DNA of 63,979 nucleotides, filler included, from Thelocarpon superellum (GCA_026025795.1; 3 parts of 3 records of this genome joined end to end with filler, not necessarily neighbours in it), one strand, 5' to 3'; positions 50,609 to 63,067 are shown, counted from the first letter of the whole stretch. Made by a program: numbers and translations. The notes: generated by a model from the sequence alone, not told the origin.

Positions 50609-52570
50609 TCATGTCATCGAATACTTCGGCCCCTCCCCTCCCTGGGGCGTGGCCCAGTTAATGTCTTGGTTGGGTACCTTGATGTCACACGTTTTACAAT
50701 GGATGCAACTATCGCATGTCAGTCTGTCTCCTTTCGAGCGGGACGCTCGAACGACTCACTTCTGGGCATTGATCTGGAATCGCACCCCGAGCGGTCGATC
50801 CGCATCCTCGACGTACTCGTACACACCCGCCGGACAGAAGCGATTTTCGATGCCCCGATACTTTGGCCACTCCAGGGCGGCGTGCTGCTCCCAATCCTTG
50901 ACCTGCAGGTGCACCGGCTGGTCTTCTTCGTGGTTCGTCCCTGTACGGCTGACGCTGGTCAGGATGTCGAAGCTGATCTTGCCGTCGGGCTTGGGATACG
51001 TGATGGGCGTGCACTCGTCCGCCAGCCGCGTCGCGCCGGCGTCCGTGCCGGCGTGCTTCAACGTCCAGGGCACGCGGCCCCGCAGCACGTAAGCCTCCAG
51101 GCCGGAGTAGAGGATGCCGCCGTAGAGCTTGAGGGGCGAATGGAACGCGGGTCGCATGTTCCGCACCTCCTTCAGCTCCTTCCAGATGGACGACGCCCGC
51201 AGGGCATCCTCGTAGTCGTAGAGGAAGACGGTGCCGCTCTCGCGGCTCGCGCTGCTCGTCAGCGCCGAGTAGGTCGCCTCGGCCGCTAGCATGCCCGACC
51301 GCATCGCCGTGTGCGTGCCCTTGATCTTGGGCACATTGAGGAAGCCGGCGGTGTCGCCGATCAGCGCGCCGCCGGGAAAGGCGACCTTGGGGATGGACTG
51401 GAAGCCGCCCTCGTTCAGCGCCCGCGCCCCGTACGAGATGCACTCGCCCCCCTCGATCACGGCCCGGTAGAGCGGATGGTGCTTCATCTTCTGGAATTCG
51501 CCGTACGGGGATAGCCAGGGGTTGGGGTAGTCCAGTCCCACCACCAGCCCCAGGCTCACCAGATTCTCGCCGAAATGGTACATCCACCCGCCGCCGTACG
51601 TGTCGGCGGGGAGTGGATAGCCCATCGAGTGCACCACCGCACCGCGCTGGAACTTCTCCGCCGGCACCTCCCACACCTCCTTCAGGCCCAGGCCGTACGT
51701 CTGCGGCTGGCTCTCCCGCCGGAGATCGTACTTCTTGATGACCTGCTTCGTCAGGCTGCCGTGGCACCCCTCGGCGAAGAGGGTGACGCGTGCGTGAAAC
51801 TCCATGCCTCGTTCAAAGGTGGCCTTGGCATGGCCGTCGCGCGCCACCCCCAGATCGTTCGTCGCCACGCCCTGCACCGATCCGTCCGAATGATAGAGCA
51901 CCTCCGACGCCGCGAAGCCCGGGTAGACCTCCACTCCCGCCTCTTCCGCCCGTTCGCCCAGCCAGCGTGTGAACTGGCTCAGGCTGACGATATAATTGCC
52001 GTGATTGTTCATCTGCGGCGGCGCCGGGATCGGGATGGAGCGGGTGGCGGTCAAGAAGCGCATCTTGTCGCTGGTCGCGGACGTGGCATGTTCAAATCGT
52101 GCCGGGTTGTCGGGCGACAGCCACTCGGGGATCAAGTCTCGAATGGCCGAGGGTTCGATGACGGCACCCGAAAGGATGTGAGCGCCAATCTCCCCGGCCT
52201 TCTCCAGCAGCACCACTCGACATTCCTCATCGCCCGCCGCCGTCGCCAGTTGCTTCAGTCGAATGGCCGCGCTCAATCCAGCCGGCCCACCGCCCACAAT
52301 ACACACATCCACCCGGTCACTCTCCCGCTCCTGCTGCCGTGGATCTAGCGAGTCCGCCACGTCCGCCAGGCGACATGACGCGGTCGTCGAGAAGGCGTGC
52401 CGATGTATCCCCAAGGCGCCCGCTTCGTTGCCACTGGGCTCACCTCTCCGCCGCGCCGCCGGATACGAGGTAATGTGAGGGGCGAGCCATGGAGCTTGGA
52501 GGCGCACCGCTCCGGTGGGATTTCGGGGTCGGAAAAGGGGCGCCCACGAGAGGACGCGCTTAGCCGCCAT
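50609..52570 (-). CDS. CIR2: Electron transfer flavoprotein-ubiquinone oxidoreductase, 2 exons
   Basis: DVCIVGGGPAGLSAAI, GAHILSGA, AEGCHGSL, GFLNVPKIKGTHTAM, FCPAGVYEY, N|CIHCKTCDIK, PQGGEGPKY. Confidence 0.97.
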
Positions 52571-52999
52571 ATCAGATGGTGGGGCACTGAGGCGGATGAG
52601 CAAGTGGGGGAGGGGCACTCGTCGAAACAATCGGTGCGACCACTGACGCCCATTGCGATCAGGCCTCTGTCATGTTTGCCAGGTGGCACGGATGCACAGC
52701 GACGGGCATGGCCACGGATCAGTACGTAAGCGGAGTTGGGTGAGCCGCGATTCGTTCTTTCGGTCGCCTGGGCCAAAGTGGATGACGGCGTGAATGCGTG
52801 AATGCGGCACACGCCGGATCAAGCTATAAGGACAGTCGCCTTGGTGACGAGTAAATACTATTGTGCGGACACCTTCTTTACAAGTACGGAGCTCCTCGTA
52901 CACTCAACTTCAGCGGGGCGTCGCTCGTGACCTCGGCTCGCTGGCCGGCGTAGGATGCCTGGTAATGACCGGTCGCGGTCCACACGCTTAGTAACAAAG

Positions 53000-53080
53000 G
53001 AGGAAGTACCATGGCATACCCGCCATGGCATACCCGCCGTGCCACGCTCAGTGGGCGTGGGTATGCCAAGGTACTTCCTC
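53000..53080. repeat. 81-bp inverted repeat/hairpin (22-bp arms, 21/22 complementary)
   Basis: GAGGAAGTACCATGGCATACCC (53000-53021) versus GGGTATGCCAAGGTACTTCCTC (53059-53080). Confidence 0.9.
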
Positions 53081-54066
53081 ATCGGACCTACCGTGGCGCG
53101 CAGGGATGGTGGTGAGGGCGCAATATGGCAGTACACCACGTCCATCAGGCGGTCGCAGATCTTGACAGACCACAATGACCATTCTGATCATCACGTTCGA
53201 GACCAACGGGCATAAGAGATAGACACTGCGGAAGAGCCGTACTTGTCTAGAAGCTCGCTTCTAGATCAATGGCATTAGCATCCAGTCCCTCTCCTGTTAC
53301 GGACGTTGCTTCCGACGATCTCATGGATCATCCGAGACCGACGTGAAGCAGATCCATCTCCCTCCACCATCGTCGCTAAGGCCTTTCCTCCGCCTACCTC
53401 GTCAGCAACGGTCAACTGGCCTCGTCCGTCTGCCGGGGAGATCCATCCCACCACCTGGTCCGTGCATCAATGGCTCCACGGCCCCCAAACCTGAAGCTCC
53501 CGCCCTCGACCCACACCACACTTTGCCCGCTCGTCCACGACGTCCGCCCAGTGATGTCGGGCATGCTTGCTACCAGGACTGTAGCAGATGACGTGACAGA
53601 CCACCGCGCTCTCTTACCCACCCTTCAGCTCGCATTGATGACTTGGACTCGCGCGGGCCCCGCGCCCAACCACGTCCGCCCTCACCCGCGGGGCCGGCAC
53701 CGAACTAACGCCGAATGACCGCCAGTTTCGGCCGGCGCGCGCCTTTATCGAGGGGGGCTCCGACGTCCCAATGGAGGAGCCGGACGGAGTCTCATCTGTG
53801 ATTTCAGAGACATCTCTGTCGGTTGTCATGCGTGCCATGAACTTGTGCCTCGAGTTATAAGGCTACCATGTCCTCCCCCCGGGCGAGCGGTGTGATGCGA
53901 TTGTTTTTGGGTCGGTGACGGACACGCGCGACCGACTTTCTTTTCTGGTCCAGGAGGTGAGAGCATCCTTGGCCGCCAGCACGACCGTCGACTGACCGCC
54001 GCTGCGCCAGCGCTGCTCCACTCCCCTTTGCTCTCGTTTTCCCAGCCTGTGCGGCTTGCTATCATC

Positions 54067-56643
54067 ATGAAGGGCGTCATCACTGCGTGCACGGTCCTGG
54101 TGACCTCGGCCGTCGTCTCCGCCGCACCTCACATCCTCGTCAAACGGGTCAATCTAGGCTCGTGCCCGAATCCCGCCATCCAGTTCGGCCCCGGCTTAGA
54201 TGGCCGCACGGGGGATTCTTTCATGCCGGTCGATTCCGCCCAGTTCCCCGCTGCCTCGTCCACCAACATCAGCGTTGTCAGCCAGGTCATCTGCGATCGG
54301 CTCAAGGCGTCATGTAATGCCGGCATGGATGCCATTACCGCCTGTGTCAATGGCCAGGCAGCCTCCAACCCCCTTCAAGGACAAGCGGCCGGTACGTGAC
54401 CGGCCAGGTCCCAATGACAAAGTCTCTCTTTGACATGTGAAATAGCGGATGCCTTCAATAATGCCCTTGGCGTGAGTGCACCTCCCGCTGCGCCCGCCAG
54501 TGCGCCACCAGCCGCTGGTGGCCAGACAAATACGAGCACCAGCACGACCAGCACGACCAGCACGAACGCCAACCCCAACCCCAATGGCCACGGCACCACG
54601 ACCGCCCAACAGAGCAACAACAATCCCCAGCCAGCGGCCGCAGCTGCTGTTCAGGGTAATGCCACCGCTACGAAGATTACTCCACTCGCGCCCCCGGCCG
54701 CTCCTCCTGCTCCGCCTGCTCCGCCTGCCAACCCGGCCCCAGCTGCCAAACCTGCTTCCGCTGCTAAAGCCGCTCCTGCCGTGAACCCTGCTCCCGCTCC
54801 TGCGGCCGAACCTGCACAGGCTCCCAAGGAGCAGTCCTCCACGCAGGGGAGTCAGGCTGCCGTCCAAGGAGGCTCAACTGGTGTCAAGACAGCTCCTGCA
54901 GTGGTGGACGAGCCTACTACCGGCAACAAGGCCTCCGGACAGGCGACTGAAGCTGCGGTGCATAACGTACCTTCCTCTCCCAAGACGGTTGCTGCCCCTG
55001 TCGACATGCCCACAACCGGCAACAGTGGAACGATGAGTACGAAAAACACCTCCAACTCCAACAACGGGGGAACCGAGGCCACCACGGAAATGACCGAAGG
55101 CACGTCTGCGAAGGCGCAAAGCAAGGCGGTGCAATCCACCGAAAACACGGAGCCCGCGCCAGTTCAAGCCCCGCAGAGCAACATGGTCCCGCAGAGCAAC
55201 ATGGTCCCGCAAAGCAACATGGTCCCGCAGAGCAACATGGTCCCGCAGAGCAATACGGCCCCACAAGACACCACGGTCCCGCAGCTTCACACGGTCCCAC
55301 AAGGCAACACTACCCAGCAGGGCAATACCGGTACCTTCAACGTCATGGGAAGCACCACTACTGGCGGAACGGGAGGGATGACAGGCAATGGGGCTGCGAA
55401 TACGGTCGCGGAGTCCACCGAGCCTCAGTCTCCCGTCACGCAAGGCACCAAGGATACCAAGGCGGCGGAAAATACGGTCGCTGGAACATCCGGAGGTCGT
55501 ATCGCCACGACTGGTCAACAAGGGACTGGAGTATCGACTTCTGGCACCGCCCCAGCTGCCAATGCTGTGGTCGAGTCGCCGAAAGAAGCGACGGTGGACA
55601 CTGGCAAAGTATCGACGGGCAAGGAACCTACGATTCAGACGTCATCCGGAGCACAAGTCGTCAAAGGTTCACAGCCTGCTGTGAACGCCGTGGCCGCGCC
55701 GGCCGGGCAAGTGCAGACGGCGCCCGTAGCTGAGACGGTCAACACCCAACAGAGCAACAGCACCACTCAAGCTCAGCCAGCCCAGCCAGCCCAAGCCGTA
55801 CCAGCCCAAGGCCAAGCCGTCCAAGCTCAGCCAGCGCAAGCTGCACCGGCACAAGTCCAGCCAATCCAAGCTCAACAGCCGGCAAGAGGTGCAACGGCCG
55901 CAGTCCAGGCGCCCGAAGCCGAGTCGCCGGCAAGCGTGGGTGGCACTGGCACTGGCACGAGTACGGCGGCCGGTACGGAAACGGCCAAACGCGATGGATT
56001 CCGTCCCAACCTGGAGATTCGCGAGGCGAAAATGGCCCGAAAGCGCGGCATCTTCACGTCGATTGCGAGCCTTGGGGTCACTGGTCTCGAAACGGTGGGC
56101 GAGGTGCTCAAAAAGCGACAATCAGTGACTTCCTCGGGCATCGGCGCCAAGTTGCGACGATTCTTGGGCTTCGGTGTCGGTGTCGGTGCCAACGTCGGCG
56201 TTGGCCTCGGCGTCGGCGTCGGCGCCAATGCCTACGTGGGTGGCAACGTCGGTGCCGACGTCGGAATCGGCGGGTCTGCGAATGTGGGCGGCTTTGCCAA
56301 CCTTGGCGGACCGGTCTTTGTCGGTGGCGACGGCAACGTCTACACGGACGACCAAGGGATTCGATACATTGAGGAAGAACGCCCAGTCGTGGTCACCGGC
56401 GGAGCTAGTGCCGGCGGCTACATCGACGGTGGAATTGAGGGCAACGGGTATCTGGAGGGAAGCGGCGGTGGGCCCATCGAAGTGATGTGTTCGTCGTATC
56501 GCAAGCGGACCTACGTCATGGACTGCAGCGGCGGGTCGTGCGGAGACATTTGCGACCATTATAACCAGGGATCGTCGCAGCCGGTATACGAAGACAACGG
56601 TGGATCATCAACCAAGGTGGTGGTGAAGGTGGAGAATAATTGA
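54067..56643 (+). CDS. Large secreted modular protein (~840 aa): Cys-containing N-terminal domain, Pro/Ala/Thr/Gln-rich stalk, dibasic-site-delimited C-terminal peptides
   Basis: Signal peptide MKGVITACTVLVTSAVVSA; GSCPNPAIQFG.GLDGR...ICDRL...C...C...GQAA|ADAFNNALG; intron 54392-54445; TATAA at ~53856. Confidence 0.85.
55171..55260 (+). repeat. 18-bp coding tandem repeat (PQSNMV)x4 plus a variant
   Basis: Unit CCGCAGAGCAACATGGTC. Confidence 0.92.
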
Positions 56644-57151
56644 GGAGCGACCGAGGAAGGACTGAGGGAGCAGCTGATGAGGCGGACATCATGTTTCCTC
56701 TTAATTTCAGGTGGATCGATAGGAGGGAGAGTGAGGGGACAGAGAGGGTGAGGAAAGGGGTGAGGAGGAATAGAAGAGGGGGGGGCATGGGGGGAGGAGG
56801 CATATCGAAACCTTCCAGCGGGCCGGAATCCGACGACGCATATTTCTTATTATTACAGCACTCGCTACGGAGTCCAATATCAATTGTTGCAATTACTGCC
56901 GGTGCTTCCACCTGTCACCAATGGTATTCTGTCTGTCAAGAACTGAATTCCGATTACCTCTCGTGTTTCTAGCCTTTCCCGTCCCCTCCTCTCCTGCCTA
57001 TGACCCTCCCACCCAACCACCCATCGAATCAGCGTACTTTATGACCATCACCATCACCATCAACATCGCCAGCACTCTATTATACAGTCCCCCTCGCCCC
57101 TACCCTCCCTCCTCCATCCCCCATCCTCTATGTGCTCGAGGTGAGAAAAGA

Positions 57152-58166
57152 TCACTCGTCGTCGAGGATCGAATTAGCCAGTCTCCCAAAGAACGGAACT
57201 TCGTATCTGTCGAGAGTCGGTGCTATTGCATCCATCCAGACGATGTCTCTCGTTAGCGCTTCCTTGATATTCTTCCTGCTTCGTCTCCTACTACCACCTA
57301 TTCCCAGATACAGAGACGGAGACGAGGTACCAGGTACGTCGATAGGAAGTAGGTACTCACCGTCGATATATGCGCGCCAGGCCAAAAACGCAATCAACCC
57401 GATGTCGACGATGAAAACGACCCATGATAGGAACGACGACCACGAGATTATCAGGTGTATTACCTGCTCGTTCACATTTCACAAGCATCAGCAACGTATT
57501 CCGTCGTCTGTCGTGAAAGCAGAGATGATCACAAAGATATGAGATGAGATGGGAGGCTCACGAAGATGGCGGCGAATAACAAGGCCGACTGCCACGCGTG
57601 GAACCTAGTTCATCCGTGCAGGTCAGCGACCGCTCTTCATTTCTACCCTCGCTCATTCCCACGACCGACCGACCGCCGTTCACCACTCACCGAACGTAGT
57701 CACTCTTCGTCTCCAGCAAGAGCAGGAGAACCCCACCGGCCGGCGGAAGAATGAGATAGGCAAGAGCGGCCTCGACATCCAGCCGCAGGCCCAGTCTCGT
57801 CCCGAACAGCTCCACATCATCTTGTCCCCCACCACCTCCGCCTCTCGACCCGAACCCGAATCCCCCACGGAAGCCAGCGCCACCCTGCTCTTCATCGCCA
57901 TCGTCATCGTCATCATGACCATTTGTGCCACCACCACCCCCGCCTCGACCCCATGGATCCACGCCTAATGATGCCACGCCTTCGATGCTAGGCTGGTGGT
58001 ATTCGTGCGCGCCGCCTTGAGAGGTCGATCGGCTGGTCGAGGAGGGTCGGGACGTGGTTCGTGGTGGGGAGGTCGTGCGGGGCGGTGATTGAGGCCGTCG
58101 GGAGGGGGAGGGTGATAGGGCGCGTTGATGCTCGGGCGTTTCGGCCTGGTAGGGTGCGAAATCCAT
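57152..58166 (-). CDS. Small integral membrane protein, UPF0132/DUF4870-like, multi-exon
   Basis: FAPYQ N-terminus; GLRLDVEAALAYLILPPAGGVLLLLLETKSDYVR|FHAWQS; LDRYEVPFFGRLANSILDDE. Confidence 0.8.
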
Positions 58167-58810
58167 GGCTGGGTGTGGTGTGCTGTGGTGCGGTGCGGTG
58201 AGATGGGGTGGGATGGGATGGGAAGGGATGGGATGAAGCTTCGATGGACTGGGACGGACCGGCCTGGCCCGCTGTACGAACGCACAATGTCCGACGCGTA
58301 GGGGATGCAGACTCGAACCCGAGACGCGTTATCGCATCAGCACCTCGCCCTACTGCTAAGGTTATCTACTATACTGGTAGGATGTGGTGGTATCACGGTA
58401 GCACAGCGGCGACTGCGGGTACGCAAGTCAAGTCGTAGTAGAGGGCGGAGGGATGGAGCTGGTCGGGACGTGCCAGGAGTCTTCGTAGAGGTCCAGTGCT
58501 CAGAGAGGTAACGTTACTTCGTATCAACTGGTGCGCGGACTAAGCGGTCCTAGTAGGATTGTCCTCACTGTAGGATTCCGGTACTTGGGTACTGGGTGAC
58601 TGCGACGATCTAATACACCATGAAAGAGATGTTTCGCGCATAGTCCGCCCGGTGCGCGTAATCCAGAGTCGCCGCGCCATGGCGCTTACGTGTCGCGGTT
58701 GCGTTTGCTTCCGTCTTCATTCTGCGTTGCCCTGGGCTGCGCTGACTCGCTGCTCCGTGCGGCTCCGTTCCGCGTCGACAGGACCCGGTCCCATCCGAAG
58801 GTCGGTCCAA

Positions 58811-58812
<2 letters not shown>

Positions 58813-58884
<72 letters not shown>
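58813..58884. repeat. (CAT)24 microsatellite, intergenic
   Basis: Directly visible. Confidence 0.97.
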
Positions 58885-58885
<1 letters not shown>

Positions 58886-59065
58886 TGCGTCGTCTGCATT
58901 GACCAACGTACGAATGAATACATGGTCGCAATGCACACCACCTAGGATCATTTACAACTCCCCTATGACTTCACACCTGCAATCTCGTCTTCATGTCCAC
59001 CTTGGATTGAGTAGAGTCAAGTCAAGCTATGCTAGATCCATGCGCCCGTGACCATGCAACGTACA

Positions 59066-59117
59066 AACAAGCTCGTGGTAGCATCAAGCCGAACAAGCTC
59101 GTGGTAGCATCAAGCCG
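59066..59117. repeat. 26-bp tandem duplication downstream of the GDS1-like gene
   Basis: AACAAGCTCGTGGTAGCATCAAGCCG twice. Confidence 0.9.
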
Positions 59118-59308
59118 AGTAGAGGTAAGTGGGGTGTGGGTCGTGCGTGCGAGCGAGTGAGTGGTGTGTGGGGACCCGCCCACGAAGCGCCATCTATATG
59201 TACGGGGCAATTTCAGCGCGCTTCCAGAGCCATGGTCCATCGCTGGGGCTTCTAGGTGATGACGGATGTCGTGGCGTGGCGGCGTGGTCATGGCGCAGTC
59301 AAAGTCTC

Positions 59309-60727
59309 TCAGAGGTCTCCCAAGAGATCGTCCAGCTCATCCAGATCCACTTTCTCGGGACTCAGCATCTCATGCCCCCATCCCAGGCCGAGTGTGGACT
59401 CGCCGTCGGGAAGCGTCTTGTCGTCCACGTCCATCATGCGATCCAACGCGCCAACCGTCTTGCGAAGCTGCATCGGTGAGGTCGTGAGGTGGAGGTGCGT
59501 CGTCGGTCGCACCAACGGACTGCTCAAGCTGGCCGCCGCGCCCAGCTGCGAATGGCCAAACAGCGCCGCCGCTGTTTCCGAGTTCCGCGCGTGTGCGCTT
59601 TCTTCGCTCTCTTCCACCGGACCGCTCGGGACCCGGCCCTCGCCCGTCTCGTCCTCGGTGCTCATCATGACCACGTCGCCGTTCGGCGGGACCGACGTGG
59701 CGTAGGCGTAGTCGAGACTCATCGATCGTTTGCTCTGCATCACCGATGCAGTGTGCGTGAACTCCTTCTCGTCCCCTTCAAGCGGCGGGCTCGCCGCCCG
59801 ATGCAAGTGGCCCGTCCCCTCGCCCGCACCCACGATCGAGTGTGACCCGTCGCGCGCCAAGCTGCTTCGTCCACTGTATGACCCAGCGGGCGTCGGCGGG
59901 ATATCGGCCTCGTCCATTTCGGGCACGGACAGGTCGACCTCGGGACTGGGCGACAGGGCCGCACGCCGCCGGGCCTCCGAGTCTTCATCCGAGGTCAGCG
60001 AGGGCGAGATGACGGCGCTGCGTCGGTTGGAGGGAAGTGGCGAATCGGATGACGAGAGCGGAAGTGGTTGGTGGGGGACAGTGGTTAGATAAAAGAAGAT
60101 GCGGCGAGGATGGGTGGCAATCAGGGTCTTGGCGATGGGACAGGGCGCGAGCGCCGTCCATGGTCGTCGGAGGTAGGCGTTGAGGCGCGACGAGATGATG
60201 GCCTGGGGATTTGCGGAGCTGCGCACCCGGGCGACGACGTCAGCACCCGTCTCTACGCGAAGGGAGGGCCTTCGGACATACCTCTCGACGATGCGCGACG
60301 AGTCGCAGAGCACCGCGGCCAGCTCCTTGACCAGCTGAGGCTTGTTGCCCGTCTTCTCGAGCTGTCGGATGACGCCGGTGACGATTTCATCGTTGATGCC
60401 GTCGGTGTCAATCCTGACGTCAACTGACGGCCGTGGCGACGGTGGCGGCGTGTCTTCGAAGATGGGCGACGCGTGGGCTCGCTCAACCTTGATCTTCGTC
60501 GGCGGCGAGGGTGACGACGCATGCGATCGCTTCACCTTTTTCGACGGCGGGAGCTCCCGTGCGACGGAAGTGGTGGTGGTGGCGGCGGCGGTGCTGCTGG
60601 TGCTGGCGGCGGTGGTGGTGTTGAGCGAAGGCGGTGAGCGATTTGCGGGTAGCGCCCGGGAGTTGGGAGGGAGGTGGATGCCCAACGATGGCAGCGAGAG
60701 CGACTTGCGTCGAGTGTTGTACGGCAT
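59309..60727 (-). CDS. Gds1-like winged-helix nuclear protein, 2 exons
   Basis: MPYNTRRKSLSLPSLGI N-terminus; INDEIV.GVI.QLEKTGN...LVKELA...SANP.AIISSRL..YL...HPRRIFFYLTT; SPEKVDLDELDDL tail; intron 60219-60281. Confidence 0.75.
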   Translation of the reverse strand: MPYNTRRKSLSLPSLGIHLPPNSRALPANRSPPSLNTTTAASTSSTAAATTTTSVARELPPSKKVKRSHASSPSPPTKIKVERAHASPIFEDTPPPSPRPSVDVRIDTDGINDEIVTGVIRQLEKTGNKPQLVKELAAVLCDSSRIVERYVRRPSLRVETGADVVARVRSSANPQAIISSRLNAYLRRPWTALAPCPIAKTLIATHPRRIFFYLTTVPHQPLPLSSSDSPLPSNRRSAVISPSLTSDEDSEARRRAALSPSPEVDLSVPEMDEADIPPTPAGSYSGRSSLARDGSHSIVGAGEGTGHLHRAASPPLEGDEKEFTHTASVMQSKRSMSLDYAYATSVPPNGDVVMMSTEDETGEGRVPSGPVEESEESAHARNSETAAALFGHSQLGAAASLSSPLVRPTTHLHLTTSPMQLRKTVGALDRMMDVDDKTLPDGESTLGLGWGHEMLSPEKVDLDELDDLLGDL

Positions 60728-63067
60728 GGTCGCTGCTCCCGACGCACTCGAGGCGGTCGAGCACGAGCACGGAGGAGGAGAGGCGTGAAGGTGTGCAAGT
60801 GGATGGTGCGATGCGAAACAAACACGACACAGCGAAAGCACGGTGATGCTGCTGCGACGTTGCTGCAGGTTGAAGTTTGTTGTTCCGGAAGGATGGGGGG
60901 CGAAGGCACTCGTCCTCGGATGGACTAATGTGCCTATTGGCGCAGGGCCCCCCAGGCGAGACGAGGGCACAAGGCGAGAAGGAGGTGGTGGGCGGCGATG
61001 CGGTAGTTAGTGCGTGGTGCGGTGGTGCGATGGCGCGGCGGGAATGCAGTAGGATGGGATGGGCAGACTGTGACACAAGGGCCCTGGGCGACCAGAGCAC
61101 GCCCGCCGCCCGCCGACCAGATATGCGAGCTGGCCGTAGGGGCTTGGGGCAATTCCCGGGAGCGAGCCGCGCAAACAAGCGGTAAGCACCACCCTCACCA
61201 ACGGTGTCGGAGCGCTCGTACCGCCCTTCCTGCTGCGCACGCTGTGGCTGATGCCGCGGTGGTCGCGCACGTCGGGAACGGGGGGATGGGGAGAGGCCGG
61301 TATGCCAATAATGCCAATCAGCCCTGCCGGCGAGACGGAGAGATCGGGTGCGATCCGGCAAAGAAGGGCGGTCGGGCACACGACGCTGGCGGTGGCGAGT
61401 GGGAAAACGTGGATAAATGAAGGAGGACAAAGGAGTCACATTTCAAGCGGACGGAAGATGGCTCGACACTGGGCGGAGAGGCGAGGAAAGAATTCGAGTC
61501 AGAGGCAGCATGAAGCGACCAGGGGGAAATGGGTAAGGCTCGGGGCCAGGCAAGGGTCGGTAAGTTTGGAAGGGGCGTGTGTGAGCGTGTGTAGAGGGCG
61601 AGCGGTGACCAGGCCACCAAAGATGGGACCCCCAGCCGGCCGCGACCAACGAGCATCCAAAGGCGACCGACCAGCACTCGCCGTCGATTCCGCAGGATTC
61701 AGCACCCAGCGACCGTCGCCCAGCGCATCCACTACCGTCATATTGCCATCCTCAACACTACGGGTACGCGTACTGGCAGTCCTCACCACCGCCGTCCTTG
61801 ACTGTCCACCCCCTGACCGCCGCCCGGGTGCCAGAGGCGTTTGCGTGGCATCTCGCTGGGCTGAAAGGGTCGCTGGGACAGGTCCGTACCCGGTGCGGGT
61901 AAAGTTTAGGATGCAATAAGATTTCACTGCAGCGGGCCCCGGGCCCCGCGCAGCTGGAGCAGAGCTGCCTGGCACAGGCGGTCGCGCAGGAGAGGTTCGA
62001 CGCCTCGACGCACTAGACAGGGGCATGAGAAGCGACGCGGCGCCGAGAAGACTGGACGTGGAAGCGTAAATGGCCGCTGCCTCCCGCCCGACACGAGACC
62101 GGTGGGCCCACCACTCCTCCCTGGCCTAGTCCGACCTAGGTCCTAGCGAGACGCACGCCAACCTAGTTTCCCCGACATGGACGAGCGCTGCCTCACCCAT
62201 GACATCGAGCCTGATCCGTGTCATGCTGGTCCGCCACCATGATTCGCTGATTCGTCCAGCCTGAGATCTCGACTTGAGCCCCTAGGAAGGTGCACAGCGA
62301 TAACGTGGAGAGAACTGGTGGCGTCTCACCATCGCCGCCCGTCGCGTCGGCTTCTTGTCTCCGCTGCCGGTCGCGCGGGGACGATCGGGGCGGCTCTTGA
62401 CCGCGACCGCGCCATCACGAGCCGTGCACGGGCGGGAGGTGGGCCCTTCTCGTCATCATGACGATGATCGAGATGCGATATCTTGGTGCGTCGTTGCGGT
62501 CTCGGTCATGGTACACGTATCGTGCATACGCACATGCTCAGGCAACGAAGCGGAGGTTGACTTGGCAACAGCGCGACCGACGGCCAGGGCGGTGGGATGG
62601 ATGGCGGTTGCCTGGCTGCATCGGAATGAAGCCAGGACATGACGCGGACGTTTGCATGCAGCGCACTCGCTGCCCTTGCTTTCCCCGCCACGACCAATCC
62701 CGGGGACGCTCCGAAAGCAGCGCTCCTGCGCGACTCGGCTAGCGTCGAGAATTGCCTATTGACGACGATGAACACCATGATAGCATACGGTCGGCGAGCC
62801 ATCACCTTACCACGAGTCCATTTCTTTGATGGCGTGGAAGCTTCGGGCCGGCGTCTCGTTATTCACCCCGTCTAGCAGGGCGGTAACAGCTCCGAGTGGC
62901 TGTAGCGACGCTTGGTCAGGTCTCGTGACCTCCCTTAAGCGCCTCCTGCGACACGACCGCGAGTCGTGGCCGAAGCTCCAAATGTCCGCGTACGAGGCAG
63001 CGGCGACGTGCAGCAAGGCGGGGATTACGAGCGCACGTATCGATCATAAAGAATTGACCGATTGGTC

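Noticed and set aside
58610..58951. Poly-Asp/His/Ile/Met ORFs
   Set aside because: All are translations of the (CAT)24 microsatellite.
60728..63067. ORFs in the 2.3-kb region upstream of the GDS1-like gene
   Set aside because: GC-rich chance ORFs with no domain; probably long 5' UTR or promoter.
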